From the NCBI RefSeq assembly GCF_006345805.1, contig NC_043001.1:97216001-97280000 (forward strand): a stretch of DNA of 64,000 nt, given 5' to 3'. Within the stretch, counting starts at the first letter, position 1, and every line of letters starts with the position of its first letter. The position numbers and the translations under genes were made by a program. The notes beneath the pieces were generated by a model. That model had not been told where the DNA came from, made no database searches, and was given only the letters and a program-made list of their open reading frames with translations. Below are positions 28,240 to 42,716 of this stretch, in pieces. The DNA is from Octopus sinensis. Lineage: Eukaryota.

Positions 28240-29708
28240 TGCTTTATTTGTCAGCCATCCACCTCGTAATACTCCCATCGTTCACTTGCTAATTTGTTGC
28301 CTGAGTACATTATTGAGCATTGTATTATTTCTATTATGCTATTCTTACTGGAGATTGATTTATAGTTAAGCCATTATGTAATAATATATGCGTCATGTGT
28401 GTTAGCAAGTATTGTTTCTGTAATTTGTTATGATATTATGTGAAGTTGCTCTTTTATTAAGAATAATGAACAGTAAACGATGTGTGTTTATCGTTCCAAT
28501 TTTAATAAAGAAGTAAAAGGTTAATGTCTTACTATAACTCCGTCCGATACCATCCTTTGATCATTAGATGTATCAGATCAAATTCAACAATCGTAACACA
28601 TCTATCTCAGGAAACTTCTTCCCTCGAACAACAGAGAACGAATTTAAAATCACGATTCTGAATAGAAACGAGACATGTTTTCAACAATGAAAACTCATAA
28701 ACGTATATAAATCCACGCGTAAATCCATCATTTTGCGCTTTCATGCAATTTATAACTTTTATATACGCAACGCACACGCACGCACCCCCCCCCCACACAC
28801 ACAGAGTTAAATAATATAAAAGTATTAAAGCATAATAGAACAGAATTCAAATATATGAGATGTGTATATATCGATAAAGCGATATCAGGCTGTAGAAATG
28901 ATGGACTACTCATGAGGCTTCTAAATTTCTTCATGGATATTATAAGATTTAGCTTGAATGTAAAAACGATTCGGCTTCTTTTGATGCAAATATGGTATAG
29001 CAGTGGCGATTTATTACACTTCGTCTTCAATATTAAGTTTGAAGACATTGGAAATCTTGTGGGAATAACCATTTTACGTTGGATTAATGGTATAAAATTT
29101 GATGAAACAGAAATGATGGATTAAAGGGAGTACAGTAGACTGTAATGGGGGAAAACTGAAAAGCAGGGCAACGGTAGTCAGTAAATTTAACAAAGTTTAA
29201 TATTTAACCATTACTGAAATTTGCCCAATTTTGCTTTTTCAATCAGTTGAAAGAGATATTTTCCAGACTGACAAAAGAGGGTTTACAAGGACTCTGCGTA
29301 TCTAGACTATCCTGGATGTGGTTACGAAGTTTTTTTGCGTCCTTTCATTTTCTTTGTTCTACTGAGAAAACAAACATTCGACCCTTATTTGCTGTCAGAT
29401 AAACCATGGAATTATTTCTATGATGTGTATAAATGTTATTTAATCTCTAAACATTGTAGGCTAATTTTTAGTGTATTTTCTCCGTTTTTGTAAGGTGAGG
29501 GTTCGATTATAAAATGAAATATATGTCTAAATTACGCATCTGTTCTTCATATCAACGATCAGTGTGCCACGGGAGAGGATTGTATATTAGGCGACGTATT
29601 GTATACAAGTAGTACAAGTATATAATGTATATTAAATTTATGGAATAAAGTTCCATAAATCCCATCGTGTTAGGAAAGGACGAAACATCTTGTTAAAATT
29701 TATAAATT

Positions 29709-29779
<71 letters not shown>

Positions 29780-29784
29780 TATAT

Positions 29785-30506
29785 AAACCAATAAATGGTG
29801 GGGTTTTGTTGACCGCACGTAGAGAAATGATAGGCAAGGAAAAATTAAAAAGGCAGAATGCTAAATTGAAGGAAAATTTTAATGAAAATGGGTGTATCGA
29901 AAATTTTGAAACATTAATAAAATATATATATATATATTAATTCAAACCGGTTTTACGTCACAATGTGACTTTTCAAGAATTTGTAAGGTGGAAGGAAAAA
30001 GTTTTTGTTTATGTTTGAGGAGGGGAAAAAAAGAAAATTACATTGTTTTTTGCAAAAAAATAATAATAAACATGTACAACAATTAAAAAAATAGGTATTC
30101 CGATACATTGTAAAGTCTTTGTTTATCTCGAGTTTAATGATAGTTCTTGAAAAATTTCCTTGGACGATTGAGATCCATGTGATTAAATCCATGTGCTGTT
30201 TAATTTAATCAAGGATGTCTGTTAAGTGAATGTCAAAACAGGAAGTAGTTTTCCAGTTCCTGTGAGTAAGGGGAGACAACTCTATGGGTTTTAAGCTCTT
30301 CAATTTGGGTTTATCAATTTTTTGTAATAAAGGGTGTTAATAAACCTTAAATTATAAAATTATCATTTAGCTTCATTTGCATTATCTTTTTTTTATATAA
30401 TTGTTTGCTAACTTAACATTCAGATTTTAACACTTTATTTATATTGTTTTCTAATTATATAAATTTACAGAAACCAATTAATAATTACATTTCAGATTGT
30501 AATGTC

Positions 30507-30600
<94 letters not shown>

Positions 30601-32335
30601 CTATAATAATAATGATAAATAAAGAATATAAGTTTTAGCTTGAAGTGATGACTGTATGGTATCCTTATATATTTGTATTAGTCCATCCATGAAGAATGAG
30701 GTAGAAAAAAGAAGTATGATCAACGAGGAGTTTGCATATTAAGATGCGTTTTGAATTTTTCAATAAAAAGATTTTCCTTGTTAATTCTCTCCTGTGTGGT
30801 GATTCCGTCTTTACATTGGTAGAAGGGGAATATGTTAAATTTGGGATTTTTTTCTTTAGAGCATGAGTCTATGTGGCCACTCAGTGGAATTTGCCGGTAT
30901 TCCGGGAGATTTATTTGTTCTTTATGGACCGCTACTCTTTTACGTAAAGGGAGGCTCCTTTGTCCAACATAATTATGTGGGCACCCGGCGCATGTGAGAA
31001 CGTAGATAAGGTTCTAAGAGGAACAGGAGAAGTTGGTATTGATTTTAAACTTCGTTCCTTGTTTGAAGATAAATTCAGAGCCTTCCAGTACGAAGGGGCA
31101 GGTGCCACAGTTTGGGCGTGCACATTTTTTAACTGCTGGGGGTGGATGTGGTGTGTGAAGTTTGGCATTTGTCAAGAGTTTTTTTAAAGATTTGTGTTGC
31201 CTTTTACACTTGAGGATTTTGTGTGTATTTATAATGTTTTTCATTTTGGGGTATGTTGACAGTAGATTGAGGTTTTGTATGATTGCGGTGTATGCTTCGG
31301 TATTTTGGGGGTTGTGGGTGGAAATGTATGGAAGTATTTTGGGGTTGTGTGTGTTGTTGGGTTGGGTGGTTTTCAGTATAATGTTGTCTAGTTCTTTGGC
31401 GCGTTTTATTCCATACTCTATAAGGGTGGAGGGATATTGGCGTTGTAATAGTGTTTTTTTTTGAGGTCTTGAAGGCGTATTTCTCGAGTGCATACCCTTT
31501 CAGCTAAATTGAAATGGATATTTGTCTTGGTGTGTTTTGGGTGGCATGAACTAAAGAGGAGGTATTGTTGTGAGTCTGTAGGTTTGTGCTAGATGTCTGT
31601 TATGATTTGCTTCTTAGGTGTTTTTATAATTCAGAGATCAAGGAAAGGGAGATGATGTTTGCTGAATTCCATAGTGAATTGGATGTTGGGATATATGTTG
31701 TTCAGTATGGTTTGGAATTCCAGAAGCTTTTCATAAGATTCTTTCCATATGATGAAACAATCATCCAAATACCTTTTCCAGTTTTCCATTAGGTAGGTGT
31801 GAAAAACATGTCCAAATTTCTGGCGTGATATCTCATAGAGTGATAGTTCGAAGAAGCCCATTATGAAGTTCGCAAGGACTAGTGCAGCCTTGGTACCCAT
31901 CGCAATACCACATTTTTGACGGTAGTGTGTGTTATCGAAGAGGAAATAATTGTTTGTCAGAATGAACTGGAGTGATTCCATAATAAAGGTCTTGTGAATG
32001 CGGTCAGGGAATGTCTCAGGGTGTTTTTCTAGCCAGAAATCAATTGCCTCAATACCATATTTATGTGGGGTGTTGGTGTAGAGGTTGATGACATCAAAGG
32101 ATACCAGGAGCGCCTCCTCGTTAACTGTTTTCGGGAGGTGTTTGAGCATGTCGCGATCATCCTGAATGAAACTTTTGATGTAAGGAAAGGTTTCAAAAGG
32201 ATGTCTAGGAAATTACTCAAGCGGTGTGTTTTACAGGAGGTGCCAGACACGATGGGCCTTAATTTTAGGTCCTCCGGTGCTTTGATGTTGATGTGGATGT
32301 CAGAGGAGAGTTTGCAGGTTTCTGTGATGTATTTG
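29785..32335 (-). mobile_element. 5'-truncated Penelope-like element: frameshifted RT plus GIY-YIG ORF (about 32330 to stop at 30720) and 3' UTR
   Basis: LRPIVSG, SFDVINLYTN, GIAMGTK, RYLDDCF, CARPNCGTC, NLIYVLTC..YVG and FNIFPFYQC..KENLFIEKF. Decayed HHR-like motif at 29941-29980; both ends in TA-rich repeats. Confidence 0.93.
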
Positions 32336-35300
32336 TTTATAAATATATATGTATGTATATATACATATATATACACGAGTTATTCCACTGTTTTCCTCTA
32401 CAATATCTCAAAAATTTAGTCGACCTGAAAATATAGTAGAAAACACATAACCAACGTACCACAGAATGAAACCCACCGTTCGAACCTGTGGTTGAGAAAT
32501 AAACCTACCACTTAACCTGTGCCTGCATGGTTGATTTTTATTCTCGTACCTTCTTTCTCTTATTTTGCTTAATGATTATTGCAGTCTTGTTATACATAAC
32601 ATCCTGTTCTCTACAGGCAGATGTGTGCTGAATAAAGTTTCATTGTATACACTTTTTAAGAAATATATTATTCTGCAATATCGCACCTATTGTCACTGTC
32701 ACAACACACCCTGTGCACAACAAAAGGAAATCTTTTACAAGATATTTTCGACTTAGACAGAAATACTTATAGATGATTAGGATTTCTCTAACATTTGCAA
32801 TTAGAGTTTTATACAAACTACTTACTTTATTGAGGTAGGTCTTGCACAACATTTAGAGAGCTGTTTTGTAAGGAATTATCAACCGCTTTTATAGGTAACA
32901 CTGAATTAGATAAAGATTAATTCTTAATTAGCTTAACATTGGAACTTACGCACGTTTTTATATATGCTTAACATTCCTTTCTCAGTGAAGGAACAATAGA
33001 TAAGGTATTATAGCATTGCTTGTGGTAGTTAAGTGCTAAATTGAAGAGCCAATTCATTTGATAAAGAACGTACATTCCAGATTTAACTTGCTCGACAAAT
33101 AAACATGATCCATTCGCATTACTGAGATATATGTCTCGTCCTCATCTAAAGAGTGGCAAGAAAGGGCCAGCAGCTGAAAAGAAGAAAAATAGTAACAATA
33201 ATAACCGCTTCTAAAACACTAACCGAGAAAAAACAACAGTAATATATGCCTTTCATGCATTTCAGAAAATGACATAACAGAATTGTTTACGTTTCAAAGA
33301 ATAATGGATAGATCACATTTTATGATGAATATATTTAAATCACTAAATCCCTAAAATAATTTTTGAATGAAAAACGACAATTCCTAACATAGTATTATAG
33401 TGCATGACCTTTTGGGGATTGAAATGGGGATCAGGCAGAATTAAGTACCAGCCCTCGAATAATATTGAAAGTGAAAGTAAATTGATTAGAAAGATATTTT
33501 GTCTCAGACTACAACTTTTGTGTCAATCCATGCCCTCTTGACAAGAGCTACACACACACGAAAGCACGCTCACACACACACACACACACGTACACACACA
33601 CACACACACGTGCACACACACAGACGTGCACACACACACACACATATATGTAAAGTTAAGTCGTCACAGATTAATTCTTTAGCGAGAGAAAATATCTTTT
33701 CCTTTATGACGAAAGAAAGTATCAACATTGATATATTTGTATATAGGTCGCCGAATAACGCAACAAATCTTAGTTTTATGTTAAATGTAAGAGAAAAGGA
33801 AAATAAGCGACTTCTCAATAATTACTTAGATAAAAAATTTCTGATGCAATAAATATTCCAAGTTGTTGTTGATTTTTACCTTTCGCATCACCTCATTCCG
33901 ATCGCATAAATTTCTTATAAATGAGATTCAAATCATCACCATCAGTTTTTTCTGTTTCCCAAATCTAAGCCATTATATTAAAAGTATTCTTCCTTTTTTT
34001 AAAGCACAGTGTTCTGCGGTATTTCTGGCAGAACAAGAAAACAAGCTCACATATCTCCTGGTAGATTGAGAATTAATGTGTATATATTAGATATACACAT
34101 ATACACGATCAGAAATACGCGGATGCAAATGTATAGAGAAAGAGAGAGAGGTTGTGCGAGAAACGGAGACACTCACACGTACACACGAATCCCTATCTTT
34201 TCATATAATATATCAAATTATCGTCAAAATCTCGACTCTAACTAGCTCCATTTTCTGCTGAGCCCATTTTATGAGACGAATCCACCCTGATGTTTTCCAA
34301 TTATCATATAGAAACCACAGAATCCACAGAACAGGCATCAAATTCTGTGTGTGTGTGTGTGTCTTTATATGAAGCCATATAAATATGTGTGCAAGGCTAT
34401 ATCTTCGTGTATATGAAGCCCAAAGATATATGTCCATGAATATATGTGTGCACATATGAAGTCACAAAATTACAGATGTTTGCTCGGATGATGTTTGCTT
34501 GCATGATGTATGCATATATGTGTATAAAATATATATGCATATGGATGTCGAGCAAGTAACAAATTTTAATTTTTTTTCAGATGATTTTTTCAACTTGTTC
34601 ATTATAAAGTTCGTGGTGTCATTTCTTCTTCTTAGTCCGGTGGTATATGAAATATTTTAGGTGAACCGAATGTAACAATATGTAAAGATTAACGGGACCC
34701 GTGAATATTTCACGGAATTAATGGTAAAATTATTAAGATATTTCTGAAAACTTTATCCCCAAAATCTGAAAGCGTAGCCTGTGTTGCGTCATTTTTCAAA
34801 AGACCATCACTCATCTGCTAATCATTGAGAAGTGAAGGAAATTGGAATGGTATTATTACTTAATGTACTGTATTTATACACTTTATATACTTTATGCCCA
34901 ACTTTATAGAAGAAATACACAACACTCTCCCTCCTTCTTTCTGTCTCACACTTCACCTTACAATCTTTTCCTCTCTTTTTTTGCCCTTTCCTTTCACAAA
35001 ATCACGTGAAAGCATTACAGGCGGGCTAAATAACAGAAGGAAAGACGTTAGTTAAAAAAAATTACACATTTCACTCATCACCACCTCCGTCTCCCCCGAC
35101 TCCTCCCATTCCAATTTTATCGACCACCAATCGACTCCTAACCCACTCCCATTCCCACCCCATCATATCCCTGTCACCGTCTCTTTCCTCTTCCACCTCT
35201 CCCATTCCGACCTTCTCTCCCTCTTCAACTAATCATGAGGAAGCGTTACTGACGGGCTAAGTAACGGAGCGACAAGCAAAGTTATCATAAGATGAATATC

Positions 35301-35432
35301 AAAATGAAAATAAGGTACAACATGCATGAACATTAATTAACCAATAAATGAATTCATATAAAATGTTATTTTCAATTTATTTCTGAATTATTTATTCATT
35401 CAGAAAAAGTATGCATACATTCATACATAATT

Positions 35433-35645
35433 TCGTTTCAAATTTTTGTACAATGCCAGTAATTTGGGGGAGAGGGAGTAAGTCGATTAAATTGACCTCA
35501 ATGCTTAACTGGTACTTATTTTATTGACTCCAAGAAATGAAATGTAAAGTCGAGCCCAGCGGAATTTGAAATCAAAAACATAAAGAATAACGAAATGCTG
35601 CTAAAGATTTTTCACGGTGTGCTAACGATTCTGTCGGTTCACCAT
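35433..35645 (-). mobile_element. SINE family B
   Basis: CTGGTACTTATTTTATTGAC..AAAGTCGA..GCGGAATTTGAA..GCTAACGATTCTG. Confidence 0.8.
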
Positions 35646-38600
35646 TGTCCTCTCACACATATATTAATAAACACTTTTATAAATGAAGGTAATAAATTAT
35701 ATGCATTTGATGTTCTTTCTTTTGACCATCATATATTGTTCTTTGTTTTGTTGTGATTTTGGACATATATTTATATGACACTGTATTTTTGTTTTCATTT
35801 CCTAAGCGTTTTCACTCAGTGATTGCTTCACTTATTCCCGTCATATATATAATTCAGCTGAAAGTTTTTTTTTCCACTAATTTATTATCCTTCCTAAAAT
35901 TAACTTAGTTATTACGAAGAATACGAATTTAACATGAAATATTATTCTGTTATTTAGTTGCATGCGAGTTATTTTGATCTTTTGATATTTTCCCCTTTCT
36001 TGCCACTTCGATGCCATAGATTAAAAGAAATGGATAAATGTGATTATAATTTTATTGCTTATACTTTCAAAACATTTTCTATATATTTGAGATTTTCTTT
36101 TTAAAGCTTGACTGTTCTTTTCCTTTACTGAACTTGCTCAAGAAGCATCTCTATCTACCGTATTATTCCAACAATAGATGCAACATTTATAACCTTTTCT
36201 GATTTGTCGCATAAGATTTTTTTCTGTAGTTCGCTCTGTTACTTGCTACTTTTCTTGTACTTGTAGAGAGATTTTCTTTAAATTTGCCCACCACATCAGA
36301 TATGTGCTTCCTAGTGATATTAATTCTTCCATACATATTTCTTTTGTAATTATATGCCAAATCACCATATATTTTTCTTCTCCGATGATTCATGGGTTAT
36401 TTTACTCACGGAAATACATGCATAACTTTAGCTCATGCATACTTCACATTCAAACAATCACATATGAGTGTGTTTGTGCAAACATTCATGTGTATGTATA
36501 GGTATATATGGATATAATCATATATCCAATTATGTGTGTATTTGAGACTGTAAAAATGTTTGTATATACGCATGTATTACAAATGAGCAAGAGGAGTAAT
36601 ATTTCCACCTCTAAGTCCTTCTCACAAACCATCATGATATGTAATGTATTTTATTACAGAAACTAGTGAAACAAGAATCAGGGAAGATGCGGAGATATAT
36701 ATGAAAGTACTTGAGAAGTCACGGTTGAGATTTCATTTACGTCAGTTACTTACCAAGTGTCACTTCGATAAATCTATGGCATTTCTACGTCAGTGCATGT
36801 AAAAGAGAAAGTGTGCAGTATGTAACGACGCTCAAAATGTTACTCAGTCATACTATTTGAGCATGTTGGAAACTTCCCTTTGATTTGGTGTACAGTTAAA
36901 CTGTATATTAGTTTGCCGGACTATTGATTCACCGTTGCCTTCACAACTATATAACTGATTATAGTCGTGGTTTTAGTTGTTATCAGATATTTCAGCTGGT
37001 ACATTGCCCTCGTGATCTAGAGGTGCTTTATTTACCTAATCTCTGAGTGCCGCTTTAGTAGATATATAATGCGACTTTATATATTTACTCATGTCACTTG
37101 GAGATACTACTAAATATTGGCTGGCATTTAGGTAATTGAATGTCATTCATCTCACTTATGTTCTCCAATAAATTAATGCAAACCTCAAAGTTGATATATC
37201 ATTTTCCCGTACAGAGGTGGATATCTCGCAGTCCTGTACTATTGTGACATTACACAGATGACACGGCTTCCTTTTCTCACTCTTTCCTTTTTCTTGTTCT
37301 GTTCTGTCTGTCTCGCCCCTTCTCTCTCCCTCGCTTTCTTGTTTTCATAATAGCTATGTTCATATAGTATACTCAACGTCACCTCAGCGAATATATGTAA
37401 TTGGAATAAAAATTGGAAACTTAATACGTTCTATAAAGATATCTAATGTATGTAAGGAAGCCAAGGCGTATAGAAAAATGCTTGGGTGGGTACCCTTGTA
37501 AGAATATACTTTTAAGAGAACGTTGCTACACTGATAGTAATCAGTATACATTATACCATAATAATAGCTTAAGAATCTTTAGTATCCTATTTTAATGTGT
37601 TTGATCAGCAGAGTACCACAGGCTGAAGGGTAACTTTAATTCACCGCGCCCAAAATAAGATAGCTAATTTGGTTCAATGTTTTTTTTCATATTTCTGGTA
37701 TCTGCTTCATAGTGCTTCTTAATAAAACAAACAAGACGAATATGACCTTATCTGAAAGTCACATGTAATACTTATGGGGTTATTTCACTTTGTTGCCTCG
37801 GGGACGAGTGTTTATGATAAAATTCCACTAGAAAATAAACAGATTCAGATACACACAAGCATGTTTATTGAAATGCTCTGTTGGCGTATGTGAGTTGAAA
37901 AATAGAAAATTGTCCACTATGAAACAGGCAACTCAACAAAGACAAAAATCGAACAAATCCAAGAAGTCAGATACTTTAAGTGTTAATCTCTCCTAATCCC
38001 AAAGTCTACATACTTTAAATGTTAAGTGCTCCTAATCTCTTCAAGTAGAGGAAACTAACGGAAATGGTCTTACTGAAGATTATCTACGCTTTTTATGAAT
38101 GCAGAACTTATAACTCATTGCAAATGAAGTCCAATAACCTTGAGCTTCTAGGAAATGTGCAATCACATTGTTATGGCATATATATGCATTTGCTTCTTTT
38201 CTTTCATGCACACGCATATATACACGCATGCGTATTCATATACGTTATTCGTGCGTCTGCACATATGTACATACATATAAACATTAATCTGAATATATTT
38301 CCCTGTAAAGTTATACCCTTGTACGAAAGGCTTGCGAATATATAAAATAACGTTACAAGAAATGGCTAAATCGATTTCTGTGAAGCCAAAAGTTTCCCCC
38401 AGATTTATTGCAAAATTGAAACTAATTCTATTTCAGCCATACCTTTCATGTACTACGTCTGCTTTCCATAGAATTTAACAGATTATATTCCCACCCGTTT
38501 CAGCTTAAAATGCCATTTATATTATTGGTAAAGAATTAATGAGAAACTCGTAAATATATATTATGCTTCCAACATTTTCTTACCTCACAAATTGCTGTGC

Positions 38601-39443
38601 TTTCGGTAACTCTGCGAAGATTAGTAAATACACATCCCATTTAACATACAAGTCTGTTAAGTATATGATTCATACATGCCTGTTAAGTATATCATTCATA
38701 AACACACTTATGGCATGAAAATGTATTTCGTCATTTATTTCTTAATATAATCTCATATTAGATATCTCCATTTGTAGCTATAGCATTAACAAACTTTGAA
38801 CGATTATTAATTGAAATTACTGAAAATGAAAGATATGTAATTTATGTTTTTGCTAAGGCCTTTGCATTAGGCGTATTATATAAATCTGTTGATCATTACT
38901 GTAACCATATGGAACTCCCATACAAAGAAGAGTAAATATGATCCAGTATTTGCAAAGAAATAGATTGGATGACTGACGAAAAAAGGTTTAAACGTAGATT
39001 GGATACAAGAAGCCTTCTGACATTGCTGTTCACCTATGGATCTTGAAACGTTCATGTGTAAATGAAAAGCAATTATGCAAGCAGATCGGAATATATGAAG
39101 TAGAATTTCTTTCTCTTCCTCATTTGTCCATCTGTAACGTCGTTAATCAACATGTTGATCATAAGTGAACTCGGATAAATGCTAAGCAGGAATTCTTAAA
39201 ATTTAGACAAACTAAGGTTAAATGTTGATGTGAAAGAATTTAAGAGGAGTTGTAGAAAATATGGATATATAACAAATAAATTTATACAAAGTCCCTGTTA
39301 CAAAATAAGCCATAGCAACGTTACCATGGGGAAATTAGTCAATAGTAATATAATCTTATGATTACTAGAGAAGTCTTTATTACACGAAACACATGCACAA
39401 ACTTAGAATTAAATTTTGCTTCCAGAAATACTAATTAATTTAG

Positions 39444-39551
39444 CTTTGTAGTTTTGTTTAAACTCCCTGTTAATTCTTTAAAAGAATATTACATACATTC
39501 TTTGTAGTTTTGTTTAAACTCCTTTTTAATTTTTTAAAAGAATATTACATA
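39444..39551 (+). repeat. 56-bp tandem duplication
   Basis: CTTTGTAGTTTTGTTTAAACTCC..AAAAGAATATTACATA at 39444 and 39500. Confidence 0.85.
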
Positions 39552-39801
39552 GATTCAAAAGAGAAAAACAGAATAAAATAATATGTGAACTGAATAGCAT
39601 TTAGTAATGTTATATAAAATATTAGAAGTAATATATGTTTATGTATATTTACGTTTCTTTGAGTATATGAATTAGTTGCTGCAGCTATGCGAGTTAAACC
39701 TTCTTGCAGAACAGTCAACACAACCGACAACACAGTTTAAAAAGGAGGATTATAATTACATTGGATTAACACATACAGTTTAGCTATCACATAAAGTTTA
39801 T

Positions 39802-39865
<64 letters not shown>

Positions 39866-39889
39866 ATATATATATGTATGTATATATAA

Positions 39890-40135
39890 GATTTTTTTGC
39901 GTAATAAGATATTTGTAGATATTTGAGCATTTGTAGATAGAAGGTCTTACAGCTGTTTCTAGGATATTTATTAAATATATCCCTTCATCGGAGACGGTGT
40001 GAGAGGAGAGGATAGTTAAGTCATAGTTAGTTTAGATGAAATAAAAAATAGAGAGTGGAGAGGAGGAAAGAAAATAGATGCAAGATATGTATGGGTATTG
40101 AAGTTGTAAATCCATTTTTTTAGGCATAATGGTAC
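39890..40135 (-). mobile_element. Second copy of the 18.6-kb HHR element; HHR at 39944-39995
   Basis: Minus strand reads GTCT-CCGATGA-AGGGATAT..ATATCCTA-GAAA-CAGCTG-TA-AGAC, with stem I intact. Confidence 0.8.
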
Positions 40136-40467
40136 ATATGCAATATTCCATTAACCTATGAGTAAAGTCCAAAACTCCAACAACATATATATATTTATAA
40201 GGTACAAACCTATTAAGATAGGAAATATTTCTCTCAAGTTATCGCCATCTACCTTTAAAATATATATAGAAACAAAATGAGAGATAAGAACCGCATTATC
40301 AAGCCTTTACAATCATCTGATCTGACGAAAATAGCATCGGATTTTACGCTCAAAAGATCCAAGTAAGGAAATATACTGGATATAATTATAATGAATATTA
40401 TGTGACAGAAAATTATGTACGGGGATAGAATATGAAGACTGCCTGAGAATAGATACGGAATATTTAA

Positions 40468-40680
40468 TGCAGTGAGCAGGCAGAATCTTTAGTATACTAG
40501 GCGGAATGTTTATCGGAATTTCGTCCATCTTCGCGTTCTGAGTTCAAATTCTACCGAGGTATATTTTGATTTTCAGCTCTTCAGGTCAAGAATATTAGTA
40601 CTTATTGAGGACTGGGGTCAATATTATCGACTTACCCTACACCCAAAATTGCTGGTCTCGTGCAAACATTTGGAATCAAT
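40468..40680 (+). mobile_element. SINE family B
   Basis: GGCAGAATC..GTTCTGAGTTCAAATTCTACCGAGGT..ACTGGGGTCAAT. Confidence 0.8.
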
Positions 40681-41402
40681 AAAGTCACGACATGCGAACA
40701 ATGTCACCCGACACTTATATTTGCTATGAGAGAACTACATATGCTAAATTATGTATACGCTTAATAAGCGTCCTTAGAAACGCTAAATCGTTTTTTCTAA
40801 AACGTTCTGAATATTATATAGAAATTAATACAAACTAAAACGCTAACACATGGCATTAACACTAATACATTTCTAACATTAATAAGAGCAACAACATTTT
40901 ACAAGGTTCTTAATTAAAGAAAGGTCATTATCATGCTTCAAAATGACCAACATTCTCATATAATGCACTTGAAGACAAATATTTGTCCTCGACTTGTTTG
41001 TTGTTAACCCAACGTTCCGGCTGATATACTCTCCAGCCTTTCTAAGAATAAAACTGAAATTCTTAAAAATTGGAAATACAACAGAAATTGCAAGGGGAGA
41101 AGTCACATATATTTAAACAACAAGCGATGAAATACTAGTTTAAGTGTTGTATAACTAGTCACCATTCTCAGTGCAATCACAATCTTTGCAACCAATTTTT
41201 CCTCTCAGAAATGTAGTCCAGAGGTCGAAAAGCCGATAAAATGAAGGACTGACATCGAGTGGATACGGGAATAGAACGACAGGTTAAAGAATGTGGACAT
41301 GATGCATAGAAAATTTTAATTTACAGATTTTGCATGATATAATAAAGGTTTCTTTTTAAAGAATTGACGACTGGGTAACTTAACATTGTATATTACATTC
41401 AG

Positions 41403-41555
41403 TTCTATATTTAAGAGATGGGGAATTATGTACATTATTTACATTGTATGGATATTAGTCCTCATCTTGCTTGTTTCGGGTGATATACTCTCCAGCTTTC
41501 TTCAGGTTTCCTGGCGAAACCTGGTTTCTCATTCCTAAGGTATTTTTCGATGTTG

Positions 41556-41640
<85 letters not shown>

Positions 41641-41699
41641 GCCGTTGTTGTTGTTGTTGTTGTTTTTGTTGTTGTTGCCATCGTCGTTGTTGTTGCTGC

Positions 41700-41749
<50 letters not shown>

Positions 41750-41924
41750 TAATAATAATAATAACAACATCGAAAAATACCTTAGGAGAACCCAGCTCCC
41801 CAGGACACCTGAAGAAGGCTGGAGGGTATATCAGCTGAAACATTGTGTTAACAACAAACAAGACGAGAACAAATATCCGACAAATGCAAATAATGTACAT
41901 AATTCCTCATCTCTCAAATATAGA
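41403..41924. mobile_element. Inverted pair of HHR-bearing repeats around a (TTA)n/(TAA)n spacer; HHR at 41805-41848 plus; third fragment at 40975-41046
   Basis: ACAC-CTGAAGA-AGGCTG-GAGGGTATAT-CAGCT-GAAA-CATT-GTGT; the two arms of about 150 bp are diverged reverse complements. Confidence 0.8.
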
Positions 41925-42500
41925 AGTGTATTGACAAAATATATTTACAGAAGAAGTGTATTGCAGGGTTATACATAAAAGCAAAGCAAAATATGTAGTG
42001 GCCCAGAGTTTTATAGCTCCATGAAGCAGAGATACGGCATTCCCTTCAGGATATGAAGAACAGATGGAGTAATGTAGATAGGTAAATCGCTTGATAGAGG
42101 GGCAGACGTATGTATGCATGAGTGTGAACGTATGTGTGCTGTGTGATATTACATAAGATATGTTTGGAAGTAAGAGAACGGATTATTTCAGAAGAATATA
42201 AAAACCATTTATATTCTTCACACAGAAGGATTTTCTAGCCAGTATGACGAATAATATATTTATGAGACTAGAGTGACAGGTTTTCAATGGTATTGGTCTT
42301 ATAAACCACACAGTACACCGTAGAGCCAATCTATTTTGGCAAAAATTTGTATTTGTAAACTAAGCAAATGTGACAGCACAGCGGAAGTGTAAATTTTTAA
42401 ATTGAATAACTAGCGTTGGTCATTAGTAAAATGAGAGAAATTTATAATCTTATAATCTGCATTTAACAGCAATTTAACTCTCTCAGTATAACCAAATGCA

Positions 42501-42716
42501 GTGGTACCAAGCTGGCAGAATCATTACTATGTTAGACAAAGTGCTTAGCGTCATTTCATCCGCGTTTACGTTCTGAGTTCAAATCCTGCTATGGTCGAGT
42601 TTGCCTTTCCTCCTATCGCGGTCGATGAAGTAAGTATCAGGTGATTACTCGGGGCGATGTAATAGACTTTCTCTCTCGCTTCAAATTACTGACCCTGTGC
42701 CAAAATATGAAATCAA
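42501..42716 (+). mobile_element. SINE family B
   Basis: AGCTGGCAGAATC..TTCTGAGTTCAAATCC..GGTCGAGTTTGCCTTT. Confidence 0.8.

Noticed and set aside
28855-29124. ORF with ILRWING resembling an RTE LINE C-terminus
   Set aside because: A single short motif is insufficient.
35001-35270. Diverged ~40-bp direct repeats (GGCGGGCTAAATAAC / GACGGGCTAAGTAAC)
   Set aside because: Element boundaries and class could not be defined.
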